Shown here in pieces: positions 15,233 to 23,462 of a stretch of 43,062 nucleotides of DNA. The notes below the pieces were generated by a model. The model was not told the DNA's origin. It ran no database searches and saw only the letters and a list, made by a program, of their open reading frames with translations. This DNA comes from an uncultured Candidatus Saccharibacteria bacterium (GTDB lineage Bacteria; Patescibacteriota; Minisyncoccia; JAHIHE01; JAGLIN01), in contig CAYPQL010000003.1 of NCBI GenBank assembly GCA_964412905.1, forward strand, positions 1-43,062, written 5' to 3'. Every line of letters starts with the position of its first letter. Positions within the stretch are counted from its first letter, which is position 1. The position numbers were made by a program, and so were the translations under genes.

Positions 15233-15889
15233 ATGGGTCTATTTAATTTTTCAAAATACAACGATGCAGAAAAAGCATTTCTTGACCAATACTCTCAAGC
15301 GATGAGTATGACTGGTATGTCTTTAGCGGAAGCTAAAAAAGTGACTGAGAATATGCTTGACCAAGCAATTGAGGAATCAAAAAAAGAGGGAACATATTAT
15401 TTGCCCAAAAATTTAGGAGATATTGTTTTGGGAGATGTTGAAAGTGATAATCCAATAATAAAGGAATTCGCCGAAATTATAAGACAAAAACTGCCCAAGA
15501 AGAAAGCGGAAGGAGCAAATGACGAAGATATTAGATGGTGGTGGAATTTAAATGATTTAGAAAGACGTATGATGTTGAAGCAGGACAATTTTACGAAAAT
15601 GACCTTTTTTACGGCCGAACTTGAAACGAGTGATGAATTTTCTGAAAAAGAGGTAGCAGTTAGAGCGGCTGCAGAAGTAAGAAAATGCCACCCAATATAT
15701 GGCGACCCCGATGACACAGCACACGCGACTAACGATGATAGGCCGCTTCCTTATGAGTTAAAAGACAGAATAAATACTTATATTCTAAAAAGAATAAGAG
15801 AAAATCCGGAAAAATATAAAAACGAAATGGATCAATCGTCTACTTTTAATGCTTTAATTCGCAAAGAAATAAAGGCGGGCAATTTATAG
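15233..15889 (+). CDS. Hypothetical protein
   Basis: 218-aa ORF preceded by GGGGACTTGTGGTATAAT (15175-15192). No recognised motif. Confidence 0.55.
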   Translation: MGLFNFSKYNDAEKAFLDQYSQAMSMTGMSLAEAKKVTENMLDQAIEESKKEGTYYLPKNLGDIVLGDVESDNPIIKEFAEIIRQKLPKKKAEGANDEDIRWWWNLNDLERRMMLKQDNFTKMTFFTAELETSDEFSEKEVAVRAAAEVRKCHPIYGDPDDTAHATNDDRPLPYELKDRINTYILKRIRENPEKYKNEMDQSSTFNALIRKEIKAGNL

Positions 15890-15996
15890 ATATGCAAAAT
15901 AATTATGGAACCGTATATGCAAACTTTGGCGGAAATCATGAAAATACTATAGAGTTTTAATTATTTAGTTATATAAACAAACATCATAAAACAACA

Positions 15997-16833
15997 ATGG
16001 CGGAATACAAAAAACTAAATACTAATGATTTTAAGGAATTTGAAGATAAAAATAAGAAATACAAAGAAGGAATATTTGAGCTTCAGCTTAATTCTTGGGA
16101 TGAGTTTTGCGATGTTGAAAAAAAATTCAATGATTATCCGGACTATATCTGGAGGGGACAAAAAGAAGATTGGCAACTTAAATCTTCGTTTGATAGAAAT
16201 TCTTTTACAAAAAAATTTTCATATCTTTTTGGCAGACAAAAAGTAGTTGATAAATTGCTTGAAAAATTTAAAAAGAAACTTCTTGATTTGCCAAGAGCTA
16301 CTATTTCTAATGATGATGACGGAATATGGGCAATAGGACAACATTATGGCTTGCCAACACCTTTGCTTGACTGGACGACAAATCCTTATATTGCAGCTTA
16401 TTTTGCTTTTTATGAAAGAAAGACAAATGAAAAATATAGAATTGTTTATGCTCTTAGTAAATCAGTAAAACAACTTAAAGCAATAAAGAAAGATTTAAAA
16501 AAACAAAAACTATCAAGTGAACCTTTTCTTGAGTTTCTTGATTTGATAGAGACTCCTGATAAAATACAAAATATAAGGTTAGAAAAACAGGAAGGAAGAT
16601 TTACTAAATCTTTAAACGGAATAGATATTGAAAGCAATGTAAAAAAATATGCGAAGAAGCGTCCTGCTATTGTTTCAAATAAAGAAATATTGCTTATGAA
16701 AACTTTTATACCTGACATACTACGAGAGGAATTTTTAAAGTATCAAAAATTCAAAGATATCACTTATGGTAAACTGTTTCCCGATTACGCAGGTGCGGTT
16801 GATATTTGCAAAATCGATTTAGGTATAGTATAG
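15997..16833 (+). CDS. FRG domain-containing protein
   Basis: 278 aa. YIWRGQKEDWQLKSSFDR and GQHYGLPTPLLDWTTNPYIAAYFAF match the FRG-domain signature. Confidence 0.7.
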   Translation: MAEYKKLNTNDFKEFEDKNKKYKEGIFELQLNSWDEFCDVEKKFNDYPDYIWRGQKEDWQLKSSFDRNSFTKKFSYLFGRQKVVDKLLEKFKKKLLDLPRATISNDDDGIWAIGQHYGLPTPLLDWTTNPYIAAYFAFYERKTNEKYRIVYALSKSVKQLKAIKKDLKKQKLSSEPFLEFLDLIETPDKIQNIRLEKQEGRFTKSLNGIDIESNVKKYAKKRPAIVSNKEILLMKTFIPDILREEFLKYQKFKDITYGKLFPDYAGAVDICKIDLGIV

Positions 16834-16865
16834 AAATAATTAAAAAAAATAACTAAATCAAACCT

Positions 16866-17510
16866 ATGAAAAAACTTATTATATTATTAGCAATCATATC
16901 ATTTTTTATTTTTCCGCCAGTTGTTATAATTTATATTCTTTTGGCTGTAGTATTATATTTTCTGGACACACAGGAAAGTATTACAAACAGACCACTATAT
17001 TTACATAAAAAAAGTCTATTGACTAAAATATTTTATGTTTTACTGTTGCCGTTAAAAATAATTTCAAGGATAAAATATTATAAGCATAAAACAAACAAAC
17101 ACACCGTAGTAAGCGTGCCAAAAGAAGAAACAGAAAAAAGAAAGACGGTTGAAAAAGCTTTAGAAGAACTACTAAATGGTATTAAGATTAGTAAGCCAAT
17201 AGATATAGACGAACAGGTAGATCGAATGATAAATTGGGTTAAAAAAGAAAAGGTATCTTTATCTAATACGGAGTTGGATAATTTTATTGACAAGATTTTT
17301 AAAAAAAACTTAGAAAGAGAGAATATGATTAAAAATAGCTGGCAAAAATTTATTTTGCAAGCAGATTCTAAAAAATCCATAGAAGATCAATTATTTGAAT
17401 GGATAAAAAGGGAAAATCTTAATTTGTCGGATAAGGAAATGGAAAAATTGATTGATATTGAAGAATTGAGAATTGGCATGAATAGAAATAAAATTTTTAA
17501 AGATCGTTGA
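16866..17510 (+). CDS. Hypothetical membrane-anchored protein
   Basis: 214 aa with two N-terminal TM helices. The C-terminal region has an internal duplication (W.K.E...LS..E...ID). Confidence 0.55.
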   Translation: MKKLIILLAIISFFIFPPVVIIYILLAVVLYFLDTQESITNRPLYLHKKSLLTKIFYVLLLPLKIISRIKYYKHKTNKHTVVSVPKEETEKRKTVEKALEELLNGIKISKPIDIDEQVDRMINWVKKEKVSLSNTELDNFIDKIFKKNLERENMIKNSWQKFILQADSKKSIEDQLFEWIKRENLNLSDKEMEKLIDIEELRIGMNRNKIFKDR

Positions 17511-17542
17511 TATAATAATTAATCTCTAAAATAAATAAATTT

Positions 17543-17743
17543 ATGAATTCAGAAAAATCTAAAATTAATTGTCCTTTTTGTAAAAAACCAACAAGCCCTT
17601 ATGGCATTATTTATAAGTTGCCAATGTTGGATGTTTTAACGGGTGAGGCGAGCAATAAAGACAAAGATGAAATTATTTTAATACTTTGTGACAACATTGA
17701 CTGCAAAGCTTTTCTTGGAGCATATAAGCAAATCAAAAAATAA
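17543..17743 (+). CDS. Small zinc-ribbon-like protein
   Basis: 66 aa with CPFC ... CDNIDC cysteine pairs. Confidence 0.45.
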   Translation: MNSEKSKINCPFCKKPTSPYGIIYKLPMLDVLTGEASNKDKDEIILILCDNIDCKAFLGAYKQIKK

Positions 17744-17755
17744 TTAAAAATTTCT

Positions 17756-18697
17756 ATGTTCAAACTTTTTAAATCAGACAAAGATAAAAAACTAGAAGCA
17801 ATCAGAAAACAAATACTTTTATGGCATCATGCATGTATGCTTGGCGTTGACGAAAATTTGTTAAAAGAGCCCAGACCACAAATTGGCGCTATTCTGTTTT
17901 TTCTTGGTTCTGTAGATTCTTTATGTCAAGCATATGCAATTAATGATGATAAAGTATTTGCTGATCTTGGAATAGAATTGCTAGAAATTATGGGATTTAA
18001 AAAAGAAATTATAATACTGATTTCTATGAATTTTTACACGCGACGACCAGATAATGAATTTGCATTACAAGCAAATGTCGAAGGTGGTAGAAAAATAACT
18101 GAATTTCTTTTTAAAGAAAATACAATAGCACCTCTTGCTTTTGGTGCTTTTGTGAGTGAATGGGCCCAAAAACCAGATTTATGCCCAGATGATATGCCTT
18201 TACTCTCTACTTTGCCTTGTAATAAAAAACAATGCAAAGAAGAATTTGGGATAGATATTACCGATCAGGCTCTTGAAGACCATAATTTTAAAATCAATTC
18301 ATGCGGCTGGAAAAAAATTACAGTTGACGGAAAATCTTATTTTGAAAATCCAGAAAAAGATATTTGGGAAATTCTTGAGGGCGAATGTGCGGGCGAACAA
18401 TTATTTTCTTGGGACGCTGCAATAAGAGAAACAAAAAAAGCTGGAAAGCGAATTCCGACTAAAAAGGAATTCACTGAAATTTTAAAAACAAAAGAAGATA
18501 TGTCTAATGTTATTTTTACTGGTTTTTGCTTTGGAGATGGATCATTTTGCAGGCATACTCCGAATATGTCTTTTTGGTCTTCTACAGAAAGCGATGATTC
18601 TGCATGGAAACAAAACTTATACTCTAGCGATTCTGTTATTACACAGGATATATGCTATAAGGCAGCTGGCTTTTCCGTGCGTTGCATTAAGGATTGA
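17756..18697 (+). CDS. Hypothetical protein with C-terminal FISUMP (Fibrobacter succinogenes major paralogous, TIGR02145-like) domain
   Basis: 313 aa. The C-terminal part has AGKRIPTKKEFTEIL ... FWSSTE ... GFSVRCIKD, typical of that domain. Confidence 0.6.
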   Translation: MFKLFKSDKDKKLEAIRKQILLWHHACMLGVDENLLKEPRPQIGAILFFLGSVDSLCQAYAINDDKVFADLGIELLEIMGFKKEIIILISMNFYTRRPDNEFALQANVEGGRKITEFLFKENTIAPLAFGAFVSEWAQKPDLCPDDMPLLSTLPCNKKQCKEEFGIDITDQALEDHNFKINSCGWKKITVDGKSYFENPEKDIWEILEGECAGEQLFSWDAAIRETKKAGKRIPTKKEFTEILKTKEDMSNVIFTGFCFGDGSFCRHTPNMSFWSSTESDDSAWKQNLYSSDSVITQDICYKAAGFSVRCIKD

Positions 18698-18738
18698 TTT
18701 TGTAAAATTTTTGTAATTAAAAACTAAATTTAAAAAAG

Positions 18739-19053
18739 ATGATTTCTTTTAAAATAGAAAATAATTTGCTTATACTTATTTATGACTCATTTGATAGTAA
18801 TAATAAGTGGGTTTATCAGGAACTAGACAAAAAAGGAAAGTATACTTTTAAAAAGATTTTTACTTTTTTAAAAAGTGATTTGTATAAAGTTAATTCAAAT
18901 GAACTTGAAAATGATTTTGATAAACCTGTAGAATTTATTTTTGCAAAATTAGTAGAAGATTATTTTAAGGTTGAAAAAAGAGTGCTATCAATAGATCAAA
19001 GCTTGTTTATTTACAAAAGCATAATATTATCATCAAAGTTTTTTGTTGCTTAA
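18739..19053 (+). CDS. N-terminal fragment of a Shedu-type protein (frame-shifted relative to 19221..19931)
   Basis: 104-aa ORF. The downstream DUF4263 reading frame is already open from 18975 and overlaps this ORF by 79 nt. Confidence 0.5.
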   Translation: MISFKIENNLLILIYDSFDSNNKWVYQELDKKGKYTFKKIFTFLKSDLYKVNSNELENDFDKPVEFIFAKLVEDYFKVEKRVLSIDQSLFIYKSIILSSKFFVA

Positions 19054-19220
19054 AAAATATTTCAATTTTTAGAAAAATAAACAAACTGGTTAGAGAGGAT
19101 ATTTATATAGGTGGCAACAAGGAGAATGCTTTACCAGAAAATGAGTTTAATCAACTTATAAAAAGTTTTCCAAACAGTTATGAAATAGAAAAATATATTG
19201 GTGCGCGTCTTAGCACGGTT

Positions 19221-19931
19221 TTGGAAAACTATTTTAATAAAGTGATTGATGGCAAAGAAAAATACAACCGTTACATGAATAAAAAAATTAGTCGAAAAGG
19301 AGATAATTTGACAGACATGTTTTTAGATAGTGAACTAATAAAATATGAAATTATTTTACGAAAACTTGAGGAGATGTTGAAAAATGAAAATAAATATATC
19401 GAAAAGCAATGGCAAAAAGAAATACTCCAGATAATTTTACTTTTATATCCGAAATATATACATGTTTTCCCTGAAGCACCTGTAAGAGACACTTATAATA
19501 ATAAAAATAGAAGTATAGATTATTTGTTGGTCGATTCAGTTGGAAATACTGATATCATTGAGGTAAAGAGACCTTTTGGCAATGACATTGTATCAAAAAA
19601 ACAATTTAGAGATAATTATATTCCTATAAAAGAGTTAATTGGTACAGTCATGCAAGTTGAAAAATATATTTTTTACCTAAATAAATGTGGAAAGAAAGGG
19701 GAAAATAAATTAACAGAAAAATATAAAGAAATACTTCCAAGCGGATTAAAAATAAAGATTACTAATCCTAATGGCATTATTATTATGGGACGAGACAATA
19801 AGCTTAGTTCAATTCAAAAACAGGATTTTGAAATAGTAAAAAGAAAATATAAAAACATAATTGATATTATGACTTATGATGATTTACTAAGAAGATTACA
19901 ATTTATAATAGCAAAGTTTAAGCTTGAATAA
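19221..19931 (+). CDS. DUF4263 / Shedu-type PD-(D/E)xK nuclease domain protein
   Basis: IDYLLVDSVGNTDIIEVKRPF (D..EVK nuclease motif), GIIIMGR and a C-terminal IMTYDDLL are typical of DUF4263. The only in-frame start is a TTG, and the frame is open 246 nt further upstream. Confidence 0.65.
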   Translation: MENYFNKVIDGKEKYNRYMNKKISRKGDNLTDMFLDSELIKYEIILRKLEEMLKNENKYIEKQWQKEILQIILLLYPKYIHVFPEAPVRDTYNNKNRSIDYLLVDSVGNTDIIEVKRPFGNDIVSKKQFRDNYIPIKELIGTVMQVEKYIFYLNKCGKKGENKLTEKYKEILPSGLKIKITNPNGIIIMGRDNKLSSIQKQDFEIVKRKYKNIIDIMTYDDLLRRLQFIIAKFKLE

Positions 19932-19951
19932 ACAGTAAAAAACTATTAAAA

Positions 19952-20554
19952 GTGAAAATTAAAATAATAAACCTTAATAATAAACTTATGAGTATTTCAA
20001 AATTCTGCTCAAATTGCGGTAAACCTATTTTTGCAGAGGATAAATTCTGTGGAAGTTGCGGGGCTAAAATAAATTATTCGTTTAGCGGAGAAAATGCGGA
20101 AAGTGTTGGAAATAATCCGCCAAGAACAGAAAAGGAACAATTTACAAAAACTAATTCTGCCAATGCGCAATATTATTCTGTTTCGCCGGAAAAGTTTGCC
20201 ATTCTGTCAATTATTACATTTAACTTATATCTGCTTTACTGGTTCTATAAAAACTGGCTTGTGGCAAAGGAGCAAGAAAAGTTGAATGTATCGCCATTTT
20301 GGAGAGCTTTTTTTGCGCCCCTTTTCGCTGATAGTTTGTTTAAAATAATCTTAACTTCCTCCCAAAAACAAGGGTATAAAGGAAATTACTCATCTTTGTT
20401 TTTAGCCATAATTTTTTTGGTTTTTTATATTTTTGCGTGGAATTTTACTGATCCGTGGTGGCTTGTGGCTTTTTTGGCGTTCGTTCCCTTACTGCCCGCG
20501 CAAAAAGCAATTAACTTTATCAATTCAAAAAATAATTCAGATTTTAATTGTTGA
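19952..20554 (+). CDS. Zinc-ribbon plus DUF4234-like membrane protein
   Basis: 200 aa. N-terminal CSNCGKPIFAEDKFCGSCG, then TM helices with ITFNLYLLYWFYKNW. Confidence 0.55.
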   Translation: MKIKIINLNNKLMSISKFCSNCGKPIFAEDKFCGSCGAKINYSFSGENAESVGNNPPRTEKEQFTKTNSANAQYYSVSPEKFAILSIITFNLYLLYWFYKNWLVAKEQEKLNVSPFWRAFFAPLFADSLFKIILTSSQKQGYKGNYSSLFLAIIFLVFYIFAWNFTDPWWLVAFLAFVPLLPAQKAINFINSKNNSDFNC

Positions 20555-20574
20555 TTCAGTCTTTTTAAGTTCAA

Positions 20575-20675
20575 ATCCTATGTCTCTAATTCGCGCGAAT
20601 GGGCGAATAAGGAAAATGCGAGAAATTTTTGAGAAACAAAAGGTTCAAGCCGGAGACATTGAACCAACGGAAAGC
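20575..20675 (+). repeat. Conserved ~100-nt structured element, copy A
   Basis: Contains the palindrome ATTCGCGCGAAT and the hairpin GGTTCAA-GCCGGAGACA-TTGAACC, then AACGGAAAG. By eye, roughly four-fifths identical to 22347-22446. Confidence 0.6.
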
Positions 20676-20832
20676 TCTATAACCATTGAGAGACTATACC
20701 AGCGAGAAACAATTAATTTTCCAATTTCTTAATTTTTGCGCATTTACAAAAACATTGACATATAACAAATAATGCTTTACGATTAGCTTGCGATGAGATA
20801 AAGACAATAGCTCATTGAAAACTTAAAAGGAG

Positions 20833-21351
20833 TTGATTGAAATGGATACAACGGATACAAAGAAAGAAGCGTTGCTGCTGTTTTCTGGAGGAAAAGATTC
20901 TTTTCTGTCGGGGTGCTGCTTGATAGAAGAGGGTTTTAAAATCCACATGGTTACTTTTGAAAACGGCGCTGGTTTGAAAGCGAACAATGTTGAGCATGGA
21001 GCGAAAAGAATTATAGAGCGATATGGAGAAGATCAAGCGGAATTTCTGGGCGTGCATTGTACGGCTGGAATTTGGCGGAATTTTTTCTTGCCTTATTTCA
21101 ATATGAAGCCAAGTGAGGTTATCAAAGAATACGGCGAGCTGACTGTTTCGCAGTTTAATTGCCTTACTTGCCGGTCGTCAATGTATGTTTGGTCAATAAT
21201 CAAAGCCAAACAAATGGGAATCAAATACATTGCCGATGGAGCTCGCAAAGACCAGGGATTTGTGATAGAATTATCTGGGATGATAGAAAAGTTTAAAGAC
21301 TTTCTGGCTGAATATTCAATTTTTTATAAGAATATTTATAATAGTTTATGA
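20833..21351 (+). CDS. PP-loop (adenine nucleotide alpha-hydrolase) family ATPase, short
   Basis: 172 aa. SGGKDS PP-loop (LLFSGGKDSFLSG) and C.TCRS...GIKYIADGARKDQ, resembling TtcA/TilS/QueC-type enzymes. The stop overlaps the next start (ATGA). Confidence 0.6.
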   Translation: MIEMDTTDTKKEALLLFSGGKDSFLSGCCLIEEGFKIHMVTFENGAGLKANNVEHGAKRIIERYGEDQAEFLGVHCTAGIWRNFFLPYFNMKPSEVIKEYGELTVSQFNCLTCRSSMYVWSIIKAKQMGIKYIADGARKDQGFVIELSGMIEKFKDFLAEYSIFYKNIYNSL

Positions 21352-21884
21352 AAATTTTAATAGGTTCTCAAAATCCGGTAAAAATAAAAGCGGCGGAAGA
21401 AGCTTTTTTGAAATACTTTAAGGAAGTGGAAGTTATAGGGATAGAAGTTGATTCTAAAGTTTCCAGCCAGCCGATTGGCGAGGAAACTTTTGAGGGAGCG
21501 AAAAACAGGGCGTTGGAATTAAAAAGAATAAATGAAACGAAAAATCTGAACGCCCGATTTTGTGCGGGCATTGAAGCCGGAATAATAAAACTTTATTCAA
21601 AATGGTTTTGTTTCAGCGCGATGTGCGTCATTGATAGCCGCGGAAAAATAGGATTTGGAACTTCCGCCTGTTTTGAACTTCCCGATCAAATAATCCAAGA
21701 ACTCCTAAACGGCGCTGAGCTTGGCGAGGTGATTGATAAAATAATGGGAGATCATAACACCAAGCAAAAAGGCGGGGCGATAGGATTTTTTACCAAAGGA
21801 ATAATGGAAAGAAAAGATATTTATGCCTCGGGATTGATAGCCGCCTTGATTCCTTCTATGAATGAGAAACTGTATTTTGAATAA
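21348..21884 (+). CDS. yjjX: Inosine/xanthosine triphosphatase (YjjX/NTPase_I-T family)
   Basis: 178 aa. IGSQNPVKIKAAEEAF, SKVSSQPIGEETFEGAKNRA, GIEAGI and GGAIGFFTKG..R match the family pattern. Confidence 0.75.
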   Translation: MKILIGSQNPVKIKAAEEAFLKYFKEVEVIGIEVDSKVSSQPIGEETFEGAKNRALELKRINETKNLNARFCAGIEAGIIKLYSKWFCFSAMCVIDSRGKIGFGTSACFELPDQIIQELLNGAELGEVIDKIMGDHNTKQKGGAIGFFTKGIMERKDIYASGLIAALIPSMNEKLYFE

Positions 21885-21968
21885 GCCTTAAAAAAACGCG
21901 CAGGTTATGATTTGTATGTTTTTAATTGCCATTTTATTCAGTTGGCAATTTTTTATAAAGTGAAATAA

Positions 21969-22298
21969 AAAGGAATTATATTTTATCTTCGAATCCCGCA
22001 AGAAATTCAAAATGGGACAGGGAAGGATGTTCTAGACGGAAAACGCAAGGTTGTAAATAAAAATGGGGAAGATGTTACCAAGCAATTTATTAAAGGAGCG
22101 GAAGAAGCTTTGAAAATCGCCAAACTTGTAAACGCCAAGGAATTTATCGCAAAATCAAAAAGCCCATCCTGCGGTTGCGGCTTGACTTACGACGGGACTT
22201 TTTCCGACAAATTGATTAAAGGAGATGGAGTCACAACTGCGTTATTGAGAAAAAACGGAATTGGAATAATCAATGAAAAAGAATATCAAAAAAGATAA
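21969..22298 (+). pseudogene. 5'-truncated DUF523 (YbbK-like) gene remnant
   Basis: The frame is open from 21969 with no start codon until 22110. The sequence IPQEIQNGTGKDVLDGKRKVVNKNGEDVT...SKSPSCGCGLTYDGTFS..GDGVTTALL corresponds to the C-terminal two-thirds of DUF523. The N-terminal Cys-rich part is missing. Confidence 0.6.
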
Positions 22299-22346
22299 AT
22301 TTCCAAACTTTCAAACATCCCGCGTTCAGGTTCTGCAGTTTTAAAG

Positions 22347-22446
22347 GCGCTATCCCTCATTCGCGCGAATGGTGGAATGAGGATAGCGTGAGAAATGTTT
22401 TAAGAAATAAAAAGGTTTAAGCCAGAGGCATTTAACCAACGGAGAG
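22347..22446 (+). repeat. Conserved ~100-nt structured element, copy B
   Basis: CGCTATCC(C)TCATTC-GCGCGAATGGTG-GAATGAGGATAGCG forms a long stem. GGTTTAAGCCAGAGGCATTTAACC and AACGGAGAG follow. It ends 35 nt before the sppA ATG. Confidence 0.6.
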
Positions 22447-22481
22447 GTATTTTTCTTTAATAAATAATTAACTCCAACCTC

Positions 22482-23300
22482 ATGTCCAAAACTAGAAAAT
22501 TTATAGAAACAATCGGCGTTATAATTCTGCTTATGGCGATAGCTGTTTTTTGGTGGGAAACAATTAATTATACCATGGAAGATGATTGGTTTGGCGATGA
22601 ATCTTGCAATGTTTCCAATATAAAACTTCAAGGAAATTTATATTCATATATTTCTCAATCAGAAAAAGATGAAAACGGAATAACGATTATAGACGCGGTT
22701 TCCTCGGAAGATATTGTTAGCGCGATAGAAAACGCGGATAATGATGAGAATATAAAAGCTATTGTTATGGAAATAGATTCTTTCGGAGGCGGTCCTGTCG
22801 CCGGCGAAGAAGTGGCTGGCGCTTTGAGAAAAGCGAAAAAGCCGACTGTCGCTTTAATCAGAGAATATGGATTATCAGCCGCTTATTACGCCGCCACCGG
22901 CGCGGACATGATCTTTGCCTCCGCCAATTCGTATGTCGGAAGCATAGGCGTGACAATTTCATATCTTGATAACGCCAAGAAAAACGAAACTGACGGAATA
23001 ACCTTCAATCAGCTTAGCGCGGGAAAATTCAAGGATATGTTTAATTCAGACAAGCCTTTGACGGACGAGGAAAGAAAACTGATTGAAAGAGATTTAAAAA
23101 TACTCCATGAAAACTTTATCAAAGCCGTCGCGGAAAACAGAAAAATGGATATTGAAAAAGTAAGAGAACTTGCCGACGGCTCGTCAATGCCCGGACAGAT
23201 GGCTTTGGAAAATAATTTAATTGACCAAATCGGCGGAATGGATGAAGTCAAAGAATACTTGAAAGAAAAGATCGGCGAGGAAGCGGAAATTTGCCGGTAA
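22482..23300 (+). CDS. sppA: Signal peptide peptidase SppA (36K type, S49 family)
   Basis: 272 aa. N-terminal TM helix, then IDSFGGGPVAGEEV, KPTVALIREYGLSAAYYAA.GAD.I.A and VGSIGV. Confidence 0.8.
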   Translation: MSKTRKFIETIGVIILLMAIAVFWWETINYTMEDDWFGDESCNVSNIKLQGNLYSYISQSEKDENGITIIDAVSSEDIVSAIENADNDENIKAIVMEIDSFGGGPVAGEEVAGALRKAKKPTVALIREYGLSAAYYAATGADMIFASANSYVGSIGVTISYLDNAKKNETDGITFNQLSAGKFKDMFNSDKPLTDEERKLIERDLKILHENFIKAVAENRKMDIEKVRELADGSSMPGQMALENNLIDQIGGMDEVKEYLKEKIGEEAEICR

Positions 23301-23340
23301 TAAATATATTAGCTGGAATATCTGATGTCCATTTAAAACC

Positions 23341-23376
23341 AAAACGCTATGATAATTCATATTATCATAGCGTTTT
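23341..23376. terminator. Palindromic terminator AAAACGCTATGATAAT-TCAT-ATTATCATAGCGTTTT
   Basis: 12-bp perfect stem flanked by A4 and T4. The loop is the reverse complement of the 12519/13565 loops. Confidence 0.7.
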
Positions 23377-23462
23377 GATAATCCTCCGCAATTCAAAAAT
23401 TCTATTAAATGTGGTATAATGAAGCTATTAAAAAGGACTGTTATCGGGCTTTTTAAAACTTT

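Noticed and set aside
20575-20675. Assignment of the element to a known riboswitch class (THF, fluoride, preQ1, guanidine-II, glycine and yybP were considered)
   Set aside because: There are only short, scattered resemblances, such as TTCGCG/GAATGG to the THF aptamer. The helix order and conserved loops do not match any consensus I can recall, so it is left as unclassified.
20433-20732. 99-aa ORF covering conserved element copy A, and the minus-strand 93-aa ORF (22350-22631) covering copy B
   Set aside because: The two element copies are conserved at the nucleotide level, but their translations are not conserved in any shared frame or strand. Copy B has stops in the frame used by the copy A ORF.
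20575-22446. Integron attC sites or cassette boundaries for the two ~100-nt elements
   Set aside because: I could not find the RYYYAAC / GTTRRRY core sites at the element ends. No intI-like integrase is present, and the intervening block holds three genes, two of them truncated.
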